A DNA stretch of 62,240 nucleotides from an uncultured Candidatus Saccharibacteria bacterium (lineage in GTDB: Bacteria; Patescibacteriota; Minisyncoccia; Phycocordibacterales; UBA9973): positions 29,731-91,970 of the forward strand of contig CAYNHU010000003.1 of the NCBI GenBank assembly GCA_964397435.1. Direction: 5' to 3'. The notes under the pieces were generated by a model. That model was not told the origin of the DNA. It ran no database searches and saw only the letters and a list, made by a program, of their open reading frames with translations. The position numbers were made by a program, and so were the translations under genes. Shown in pieces: positions 54,808 through 62,240 of the stretch (positions are counted from its first letter, which is position 1; every line of letters starts with the position of its first letter).

Positions 54808-55131
54808 CTAGTTTGTAGTACATGCGTACATAATCACAAGGTTTTGTGGAATATGTTGACCCGGAAATGTATACAATCTGAAAAAATCACTGTACGGTGG
54901 AACTTTGATTTCATCGTAGTGCCACACCAACCATTCAGATGGAGTAAAACGTTCATTATGTTCGATGACATGTTTTTTAACATGATCAAATACTAAACTA
55001 AGCTTACCCCACGCTTCACGCTGTGTTCGTGGAGTAGTTCTTTTTCTGTACAAGACAGTAAAGAAAGCATGTATAAAATCTCTCAGGCCAACGTATCCAT
55101 ACGAGTGTGTTTTGTCAAAGATATTTTTCAT
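54808..55131 (-). CDS. hypothetical protein (orphan cassette, ORF B)
   Basis: 107-aa ORF. Its ATG overlaps the stop of ORF A as ATGA. No family recognised. Confidence 0.6.
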   Translation of the reverse strand: MKNIFDKTHSYGYVGLRDFIHAFFTVLYRKRTTPRTQREAWGKLSLVFDHVKKHVIEHNERFTPSEWLVWHYDEIKVPPYSDFFRLYTFPGQHIPQNLVIMYACTTN

Positions 55132-55592
55132 GATGACATGATTTTGTATGGTTCAGAAAATTCACCCCAAATATCTCGTCTGCAGGCACCGGGTTTGGAA
55201 AGTAGTAGCAGCGACTGATCATAATTTTTGTATATCGCAATTTCATCATAAACACTCAAAATTTTACGGTAGAGTGCAACAGCACCCCAGTCAGAAAAAA
55301 TAATGATGTGCCGCGTTGCAATTGCAAAATACAAATGAGGATACACATGATGTTGTTTCGGTGATGGAACAGACATAAAAACAGTTTCCATTGCCAAGTC
55401 TGAGTCGTGCTCAATTCGTATCGATGCATTATGCTCATTTGCTTGTAATTCAATTCCATCAAATGTAACAATAAGTGCCTCGCGTGCATCATTCAGGTTT
55501 GTAAATAACCTTAACTTAAAAAAAGTATCAATTAACTGCAAAACTCTCTCACTCCTTGTGATGATTGTTTTAGTTTGGTTAGCAATGCTCAT
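55128..55592 (-). CDS. hypothetical protein (orphan cassette, ORF A)
   Basis: 154-aa ORF on the opposite strand to both flanking housekeeping genes. No family recognised. Confidence 0.6.
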   Translation of the reverse strand: MSIANQTKTIITRSERVLQLIDTFFKLRLFTNLNDAREALIVTFDGIELQANEHNASIRIEHDSDLAMETVFMSVPSPKQHHVYPHLYFAIATRHIIIFSDWGAVALYRKILSVYDEIAIYKNYDQSLLLLSKPGACRRDIWGEFSEPYKIMSS

Positions 55593-55678
55593 AGTAATGA
55601 AGTTTTTATGATTTAAACATAAAAAAATCTTCAGGTCAATTTTTGCAGATTATAGCGTATATGATATAGTCAAAACGT

Positions 55679-58444
55679 ATGGAAAACTACCCAAACATCC
55701 CTGAAAAATTCTTGAAACCGTATGATCCGGGGAGTGTTGAATCTGCTATGTACAAGCGCTGGGAAGACAGCGGCTTTTTTAATCCTGACAACTGTGTAAA
55801 AGCAGGTGTAACTACTCCTGATGCAAAATCATTTACTATCATGATGCCTCCCCCAAACGTGACAGGCGTACTTCACATGGGACATGCAATGATGCTCACA
55901 CTCGAAGATGTCATGATTCGTTTCAAACGCATGCAGGGCTATAAAACACTCTGGCTTCCAGGAACTGATCACGCAGCTATCGCTACTCAGTCAAAAGTTG
56001 AAAAAGAAATTCAGAAAAAGGAGGGCAAATCACGTCACGACCTCGGCCGTGAAGAACTTTTGAAGCGCGTTCAGGAATTTGCACAAAACAGTCATGACAC
56101 TATCGTCTCACAAGTCAAAGTCATGGGCGCTTCGTGTGACTGGTCACGTGAAGCATTTACACTCGATGCAACTCGCAATCGTGCGGTAAACGCTATGTTT
56201 AAAAAAATGTACGATGATGGTTTGATCTATCGCGGTCATCGCATTGTGAACTGGGATCCAAAAGGACAGACAACTATTGCTGACGACGAAATTGTCTACG
56301 AGGAACGCAAAGCAAAACTCTACACATTTAAATACTCAAAAGATTTCCCTATCACAATCTCAACTACTCGTCCTGAAACAAAAGTTGGCGATACTGCAGT
56401 TGCGGTTCATCCAAATGATCCTCGCTACAAAGAATTCATCGGCAAAGAATATGATGCTGTCTTTTGTGGTGTTCCAATTCATGTAAAAATCATCGCTGAT
56501 GAATCTGTAGAGCAAGAATTTGGTACTGGTGCACTCGGTGTTACTCCGGCTCACAGTATGACTGACTGGGAAATTGCTGATCGTCACAACCTCCCTCGCC
56601 CACAAGTTATTAATGAATACGCAAAAATGACTGTCGGCGGAGAAAATCTCCTCGGCAAGAAAACAACTGAAGCCCGCGAAGTAGTCGTGGCATGGCTTCG
56701 CGATGAAGGTTTGCTCGAAAAAGAAGAAGAGGTAAACCAAAATATTTCTACTGCTGAACGAACGGGCGGTATCGTTGAACCACTTCCAAAACTCCAGTGG
56801 TTCGTTGACGTGAACAAAGAATTTGAATTACCTCACTCAAATCTGACAGGCATTTCAAGCGGCACAAAAACAACACTCAAACAAATCATGCGCACAACAG
56901 TTGAGAGTGGTCAGATCAAAATCATGCCTGACTACTTCAACAAGACGTACTTCCACTGGATCGACAACCTTCGTGACTGGTGTATCTCACGACAGATCTG
57001 GTACGGACATCGTGTGCCGGTATGGTACGACAAGGAAAATAATCTACATCTTCCAAAAAAGATTACTCTTTTGCTTGCTCGACATGGAGAAAGTGCGGCA
57101 AACCGCGATAACGTATTTGCAGGTGGTGGATTGGATAGCCCCCTTACTGAACGTGGTGAACAACAAGCAAAAGAACTTGGCGAAAACGTAAAAAATATAA
57201 CACTCGCTGGCATCATCTCTTCAGGAATGATCCGCGGAAAAGAAACTGCTCGCATTGCAGCAGAAACAATCGGTTTTGATACTGCAAAAATAATTGAAAT
57301 TCCTGAATTGCACGAAGTTGTTTCAGAACGTGATGGTAAACCAAAAACTGAAGAGTGGCCAACTCCCAGTTCATTGGTACGCGCAGGTCGCGGAGAAACA
57401 ACTGAACAAATAACTGAGCGCGCAGAAACTGTCATCAAAAAAATTGAAGCGCTTCCAGAAGGAACATACCTTGTTTGCGCGCACAATGCATTCAATTCAT
57501 GCTTACAGGCGCACATCATGGGACTCCGTGGTGAAAAAATCATTGACCACTGGGAAAAAATCGGAATCCGTGAAAATGGATCATATTTTGAAGTAACTCT
57601 CATGGTAAATCCAGAGGGTGATCTTAAACAAGACGAAGACACGCTCGACACATGGTTCTCTTCTGCACTCTGGACATTCTCAACACTTGGCTGGCCTGAC
57701 AAAACAAAAGACCTCGAGGTCTTTCATCCAACAGACGTGCTCGAAACAGGTTACGAAATCCTCTTCTTCTGGGTTGCTCGTATGATTCTCATGACAGGTT
57801 ACGGCCTCGGTGAAATTCCATTCCACACAGTCTATCTCCACGGTACTGTTCGTGACGGTCAGGGACGCAAAATGTCGAAGTCACTCGGCAACGGTATTGA
57901 TCCACTCGATATTGCTCAAAAATACGGCGCAGATGCTGGCCGTATGGCACTTGTTGTTGGAACTGCTGCAGGAACTGATTCAAAGATTTCTGAAGATAAA
58001 ATCAAGGGTTACAAAAACTTTGCAAACAAGTTGTGGAATATCACTCGCTTCATTCTCTCTTCAACAGAAAACGTAGCGCTCGATCCAGCATTTACAGCAT
58101 GGACAGAAACTGACGCAAAGATTCATGATGAATTCACTGCATTCAAAGCTGAAATCACTAAAGAATTCGAAGAATATAAGTTCCATCTTGTATCAGAAAA
58201 ACTTTATCAGTACGCATGGCACACGCTTGCTGATGTATTACTCGAAGAAAGTAAAAAAATATTTGCTGAAGGAAACGATGCAGCCAAAGCTTCGCGCGCG
58301 CAGTTACTCTTGCACACACTCTATGATCTCTTGAAACTGCTCCACCCACTCATGCCATTTGTCACCGAAGAAATCTGGAGTTCACTCCCTGAAAATGACG
58401 GTCGACTTTTAATGGTAACCAAGTGGCCATCACATGAATCCTAA
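55679..58444 (+). CDS. valS: valine--tRNA ligase carrying an internal histidine-phosphatase-like domain
   Basis: Contains PPPNVTGVLHMGHAM (HIGH, residue 66), the editing region, WCISRQIWYGHRVPVWY, an insert of about 195 aa with RHGES and AHN motifs, DTLDTWFSSALW, KMSKS (residues 731-735) and a C-terminal anticodon-binding/coiled region. Confidence 0.93.
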   Translation: MENYPNIPEKFLKPYDPGSVESAMYKRWEDSGFFNPDNCVKAGVTTPDAKSFTIMMPPPNVTGVLHMGHAMMLTLEDVMIRFKRMQGYKTLWLPGTDHAAIATQSKVEKEIQKKEGKSRHDLGREELLKRVQEFAQNSHDTIVSQVKVMGASCDWSREAFTLDATRNRAVNAMFKKMYDDGLIYRGHRIVNWDPKGQTTIADDEIVYEERKAKLYTFKYSKDFPITISTTRPETKVGDTAVAVHPNDPRYKEFIGKEYDAVFCGVPIHVKIIADESVEQEFGTGALGVTPAHSMTDWEIADRHNLPRPQVINEYAKMTVGGENLLGKKTTEAREVVVAWLRDEGLLEKEEEVNQNISTAERTGGIVEPLPKLQWFVDVNKEFELPHSNLTGISSGTKTTLKQIMRTTVESGQIKIMPDYFNKTYFHWIDNLRDWCISRQIWYGHRVPVWYDKENNLHLPKKITLLLARHGESAANRDNVFAGGGLDSPLTERGEQQAKELGENVKNITLAGIISSGMIRGKETARIAAETIGFDTAKIIEIPELHEVVSERDGKPKTEEWPTPSSLVRAGRGETTEQITERAETVIKKIEALPEGTYLVCAHNAFNSCLQAHIMGLRGEKIIDHWEKIGIRENGSYFEVTLMVNPEGDLKQDEDTLDTWFSSALWTFSTLGWPDKTKDLEVFHPTDVLETGYEILFFWVARMILMTGYGLGEIPFHTVYLHGTVRDGQGRKMSKSLGNGIDPLDIAQKYGADAGRMALVVGTAAGTDSKISEDKIKGYKNFANKLWNITRFILSSTENVALDPAFTAWTETDAKIHDEFTAFKAEITKEFEEYKFHLVSEKLYQYAWHTLADVLLEESKKIFAEGNDAAKASRAQLLLHTLYDLLKLLHPLMPFVTEEIWSSLPENDGRLLMVTKWPSHES

Positions 58445-59186
58445 TTTTGTACAGGATCCACTCACATTTATTATCGCGCTCGTTGGTGGGACACTTCCAT
58501 CGATTATTTGGTTGTGGTACTGGATCAAAGAAGACGATATTAAAAAGCCACCACTTGGATTGGTCGCGCTGACATTTATCACTGGTATGTTGATGGTTAT
58601 TCCTGTCGTACCACTCCAGAAATTAATGCAGGTGTACTTTGTTAAACAGCCTGAACTTGTTACCGCATGGGCACTGTGTGAGGAGTTACTCAAGTTCGCT
58701 GCGTTCGGTATTATTGCACTCGCCTCTCGATACTGCGAAGAACCAATTGATTATCCTGTGTACTGCATGACAGCAGCGCTTGGTTTCGCTGCATTTGAAA
58801 ACACGATGTATCTTGTCCGACCAGTCGGACTTCAAGACGCAACAGTCACACTGCTCACAACCAACCTTCGCTTTTTGGGATCAACATTACTCCACTCAGT
58901 TTCAACTGGTTTCATTGGTCTGATGATGGGACTCGCCTTTTTCCAAAACCGTTTTATCAAAATCGGCTCAGCAATTATCGGTATTATGCTCGCGGTTGGC
59001 TTGCACTCGGTATTTAACTTTTTTATAATGGAAAACAACGGAGACAATTTCTTGCAAGTATTCGGGGTTCTCTGGATAGTCTCTATTATCAGTATTCTAG
59101 TTTTTGAAAAGGTTCGACGTATGAGTCAGGCAATGTACGCACAAGAAGTGTACGTTCGGAACAAACGTGCGTTTAATCCTTCATAA
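58434..59186 (+). CDS. prsW: PrsW-family intramembrane metalloprotease
   Basis: Multi-TM ORF with CEELLKFAAF, GFAAFENTMY and STLLHS. Confidence 0.65.
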   Translation: MNPNFVQDPLTFIIALVGGTLPSIIWLWYWIKEDDIKKPPLGLVALTFITGMLMVIPVVPLQKLMQVYFVKQPELVTAWALCEELLKFAAFGIIALASRYCEEPIDYPVYCMTAALGFAAFENTMYLVRPVGLQDATVTLLTTNLRFLGSTLLHSVSTGFIGLMMGLAFFQNRFIKIGSAIIGIMLAVGLHSVFNFFIMENNGDNFLQVFGVLWIVSIISILVFEKVRRMSQAMYAQEVYVRNKRAFNPS

Positions 59187-59192
59187 TATTTT

Positions 59193-59696
59193 ATGGCAAA
59201 AAAACGATCGTTCTTTGAACGCCTCACAGGCAGCGTTAATCTCGAAGATGACTTCAACGATGAAGCTGACTTTGAAGCTGAAGCTCCTAAAAAACACCTT
59301 GCACATCACGGTAGCAAAGTCGCAGTAAACCAAGATGAAAAAGATACATGGCTCGAACAAGAAGAAGAGGGTCAGCTCACTGTCGACGTCTACCAAACAG
59401 CAAATGATGTGTATGTAGAAACAATGGTTGCTGGTGTCCGACCTGAAGACCTTCAGATTACCATCACTCGCGACATGATTACTGTTCGTGGCAAACGAGA
59501 ACAATCTCGTGTCGTAAATGATGAAGACTTCTTTACTCGAGAATTGTACTGGGGCGCATTCTCACGAACGATCTCCCTTCCTGCAGAAGTAGAAGCTGAT
59601 GAAGCTGAAGCAACTGAAAAACATGGCTTGCTCATCATCAAGCTTCCAAAAATCAACCGTGGTAAGCAAACCAACCTGAAGGTTAAATCAATTTAA
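59193..59696 (+). CDS. Hsp20/alpha-crystallin small heat-shock protein
   Basis: GQLTVDVYQTANDVYVETMVAGVRPEDLQITI and GAFSRTISLPAEVEADEAEATEKHGLLIIKLPK. Confidence 0.88.
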   Translation: MAKKRSFFERLTGSVNLEDDFNDEADFEAEAPKKHLAHHGSKVAVNQDEKDTWLEQEEEGQLTVDVYQTANDVYVETMVAGVRPEDLQITITRDMITVRGKREQSRVVNDEDFFTRELYWGAFSRTISLPAEVEADEAEATEKHGLLIIKLPKINRGKQTNLKVKSI

Positions 59697-59697
59697 A

Positions 59698-60924
59698 TTA
59701 AAATCCCATTGCTTGCGCAATACGTTCGAGGGCAACCACGAACGCAGCACGCCGTAGATCTGTTTTGAGGTCTACGGCTTTGTTGTAGATAGCCAAAGCC
59801 TGTGTATCGAGAATTGTTTTGAGTTTCGCGTTTACTTGTTCTTCGGTCCAGTGTTCGTTTTTCAAATTCTGCTCCCATTCAAATGTTGAAACTGTTACAC
59901 CACCTGCGTTCGCAAGAATATCTGGAACAACTGGAATGCCACGCTCAAGTAAAATCTCGTCAGCTTCAGGTGTAAGCGGACCGTTTGCAAGTTCAAGGAT
60001 GAACTTGGCCTGCACGCGTGATGCATTTGCGTCAGTAATCTGATTTTCCAAAGCAGCAGGAATGAGCACGTCACATGAAAGCTCGAGCAACTCAGCATTA
60101 GTGATCGTTCGTGAACCAGGAAAGCCAGCGAGCGTGCCTGTTTCTTTTTTGTACTGTTCGAGTGCAGCGATATCAAGTCCGTCTTCTTTGACGATAGCGT
60201 GCTTTGAATCAGATGTTGCGATTACTTTGTGTCCGTGTGCTGTAAAAATACGCGCAGCGTGACCACCAACGTTGCCGAAACCTTGAATAACGACTGTTGC
60301 TGATTCTGGAAGATTGTATTTCGCGCGAAGTACATCAAACACAAAAAATCCTCCCATACCAGTTGCTGCACCACGACCTTCTGAACCACCCTTATCAAGC
60401 GGCTTACCAGTAAATGTCGCACCAGTTGTATCGCCAGAAATTTGTGCAAACTCATCAGTCATCCATGCCATGATTTCAGGAGTTGTATTCACATCAGGAG
60501 CAGGAACGTCTTTGTGTGGACCAAGGATTGGCGACATGCCACGAACCCACCCACGAGAAAGTCGTTCGAGTTCACTCTTTGAAAGCTTTTTAGGATCAAC
60601 AGTAACACCACCCTTGCCGCCACCCATCGGGATATCTACAACGGCACACTTAAGTGACATCCAAAACGCCAATGCACGGACTTCGTTAATATCAGTATCC
60701 TGATGGTATCGAATACCTCCTTTGTATGGACCACGAGCGTTGTTATGTTCCACTCTATAACCCTCAAAAACAGCCGTAGAACCATCGTCCATGGTAACTG
60801 GGATAGATATCATAACTTCACGTTGTGGACGCGAAATTTGGCGTATAAACGCTTCTGGGAAGGTTGTAAGGCGTGTTGCTCGACTCAATTGCTCAAGAGC
60901 ATTTTCAAATGGATTATGTTGCAT
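59698..60924 (-). CDS. gdhA: Glu/Leu/Phe/Val-family glutamate dehydrogenase
   Basis: Motifs GPYKGGIRYH, PMGGGKGGVTVDPK and IQGFGNVGGHAA. Confidence 0.93.
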   Translation of the reverse strand: MQHNPFENALEQLSRATRLTTFPEAFIRQISRPQREVMISIPVTMDDGSTAVFEGYRVEHNNARGPYKGGIRYHQDTDINEVRALAFWMSLKCAVVDIPMGGGKGGVTVDPKKLSKSELERLSRGWVRGMSPILGPHKDVPAPDVNTTPEIMAWMTDEFAQISGDTTGATFTGKPLDKGGSEGRGAATGMGGFFVFDVLRAKYNLPESATVVIQGFGNVGGHAARIFTAHGHKVIATSDSKHAIVKEDGLDIAALEQYKKETGTLAGFPGSRTITNAELLELSCDVLIPAALENQITDANASRVQAKFILELANGPLTPEADEILLERGIPVVPDILANAGGVTVSTFEWEQNLKNEHWTEEQVNAKLKTILDTQALAIYNKAVDLKTDLRRAAFVVALERIAQAMGF

Positions 60925-60984
60925 ACGAATTAGTATACTCCTCTCGATAATCCAAACAAAAGATAGACAAGTACAAAAACTGTG

Positions 60985-61722
60985 TTATTTCCGTTCAATA
61001 TCAGCAACGATCGCCATGTGATCACTCACACGATCCACAAGCCGCACGTTACGCGCTTCGTATTCTGGTGTAGTAAACAGACCGTCAACCATAAGTTGTA
61101 GTTGTAAATGCTTCGCTCGATGCAGCGTCAGATCAAGACTTGTTGTGTAGTGAGCTGGAATGTTATCAGTATATCTCTCTGCAAGCATAGCAAACGACTC
61201 ACGTCCTCGTGGAGCATTCAAGTCTCCTGTGAATACAAACGGTTTTGACCGTTCAAGAATTTCAATCAGTGCCTCAAAATCACGTTTTTGATACTCAGTC
61301 GAATTACCTTCTGGTGTCCATGTGCCATGTGTTGTTGCAACACGAAACATCGCACCATCTACGGTAACATCTGCCATTACAACAGCGTTTTGCACATGCG
61401 TGTGGAGCGCATCTGGATTTGTCGCTTTTACTTTTTCCAACCGAGTTACCTGCTCAGCACTACCAACATAATATTCAATGCGTTCATTGGTTAGTGGCAC
61501 TTTCGAAAACAATGCGACGCACACAAGTCCAGTATTGTGCGTTACCAAATCGTACGCCATCGGTGCATAGATTGCCCGCATACCGAGCGCTGCTTCAAAT
61601 GTGGCGATGGTCGGTTCGAGAATTTCCTGCACACACACAACATCAGGATTTTCAGCTTGAACAAACGGAAGTACCCGATCGAGGTGTTTATCACCTTCGA
61701 TATTTACTGAGACGAGTTTCAT
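60985..61722 (-). CDS. endonuclease/exonuclease/phosphatase (EEP) family protein
   Basis: MKLVSVNIEG, DVVCVQEI, FTGDLN and a C-terminal SDHMAIV. Confidence 0.75.
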   Translation of the reverse strand: MKLVSVNIEGDKHLDRVLPFVQAENPDVVCVQEILEPTIATFEAALGMRAIYAPMAYDLVTHNTGLVCVALFSKVPLTNERIEYYVGSAEQVTRLEKVKATNPDALHTHVQNAVVMADVTVDGAMFRVATTHGTWTPEGNSTEYQKRDFEALIEILERSKPFVFTGDLNAPRGRESFAMLAERYTDNIPAHYTTSLDLTLHRAKHLQLQLMVDGLFTTPEYEARNVRLVDRVSDHMAIVADIERK

Positions 61723-62198
61723 TGAGTGAGAGCTGCTTCAATAGTCGCAGTAAGTGTTAGTGGAGAAACTGTTGGCGCGGCGCGTTTAATGACAGCTCCC
61801 TGTTTATCGATAATAAATTTCGTAAAATTCCATTTGATGCGATTACCCCAGAGTGACCAGCGAGCTTTTTTCAAGTACGCAAACACAGGATGTGTTGTCG
61901 GACCATTCATATCGCATTTTTCAGCAAGTAAAAAAGTAACGCCGAAATTAATTTTACAAACATTCACCATCGTTTCGTTTGTTTCAGATTCTTGATGTTT
62001 AAACTGATCAGACGGAAAACCAATCACCACGAGACCTTGATCCTTGTATTTCTGGTGGAGTGCTTCAAGTTCCGTAAACTGCCCCGCAAGCCCACAGCGA
62101 GTAGCAGTGTTTACGATGAGCACAACTTTGCCAGCGTACTCCTGCATGCTATGCTCGCGACCTTCAGTATCTTTAAAATGTAAATCGTAGAATTTCAT
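61719..62198 (-). CDS. gpx: glutathione peroxidase family protein
   Basis: Motifs VVLIVNTATRCGLAG, GFPSDQFKHQE and IKWNFTKFIID. Confidence 0.88.
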   Translation of the reverse strand: MKFYDLHFKDTEGREHSMQEYAGKVVLIVNTATRCGLAGQFTELEALHQKYKDQGLVVIGFPSDQFKHQESETNETMVNVCKINFGVTFLLAEKCDMNGPTTHPVFAYLKKARWSLWGNRIKWNFTKFIIDKQGAVIKRAAPTVSPLTLTATIEAALTQ

Positions 62199-62240
62199 AG
62201 TGAGTATAGTACTATTTTTAGAGCATTAAATCTATATCTC

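Noticed and set aside
56932-57702. 256-aa antisense ORF exactly opposite the ValRS insert region
   Set aside because: The translation is Ser/Arg/Pro-rich and low in complexity, with no start context. The sense strand carries clear ValRS and histidine-phosphatase motifs. It is an antisense shadow.
1-62240. Possible alternative genetic code (UGA recoding, as in some candidate phyla), suggested at first because GAPDH was missing from the ORF track
   Set aside because: GAPDH is absent only because its stop lies outside the window. All housekeeping genes give full-length products with TAA, TAG and TGA all used as stops, so the standard code 11 fits.
1-62240. CRISPR arrays, transposases or IS elements, prophage genes, reverse transcriptase or DGR components, and restriction-modification genes
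   Set aside because: I looked for regularly spaced direct repeats, DDE or tyrosine-recombinase motifs and YxDD RT motifs in all track ORFs and spacers. None were seen. The only tandem repeat is the coding 3 x 21-nt heptad repeat at 13541-13603.

Overview
This is a very gene-dense bacterial chromosomal segment of about 70 protein genes, 3 tRNAs and no rRNA. It reads cleanly under the standard genetic code. Most of it is housekeeping:
- a ribosomal/RNAP block (infA-rpmJ-rpsM-rpsK-rpsD-rpoA-rplQ, then rplM-rpsI);
- chaperones (dnaK, grpE, hsp20);
- translation factors and tRNA enzymes (gatB, obg, typA, frr, alaS, valS, mnmA, tsaD, ybeY, rpsU);
- division and wall genes (mreB, ftsA, ftsZ, murA, murB, mltG, rseP);
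- a little central metabolism (gap, malic enzyme, gdhA, trxB, gpx).

Several traits fit a reduced-genome, Patescibacteria/CPR-like bacterium. This is inference only:
- compact proteins, such as the 585-aa AlaRS and 114-aa L13;
- many lineage-orphan membrane or secreted ORFs;
- almost no Shine-Dalgarno sequences;
- TATAAT-like boxes sitting 4-10 nt from start codons.

I saw no transposase, integrase, CRISPR array, reverse transcriptase or prophage.

The observations most worth following up:
1. A complete histidine-phosphatase (PGAM-like) domain is inserted in-frame in the ValRS catalytic core.
2. An XRE-type HTH is fused to MurA. A perfect 20-bp palindrome fills the 37-bp murB/murA divergent spacer.
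3. An orphan, opposite-strand cassette of 3 ORFs lies between tsaD and valS. It has an ATGA-coupled junction and an in-frame TAG.
4. PriA keeps its Zn-finger but has lost every helicase/ATPase motif.
5. A third, divergent actin-fold protein is paired with a bitopic membrane protein.
6. Promoter architecture looks leaderless across the window, including two tRNA-then-ATG junctions.

Family names are motif recognition by eye. Nothing was searched against a database.
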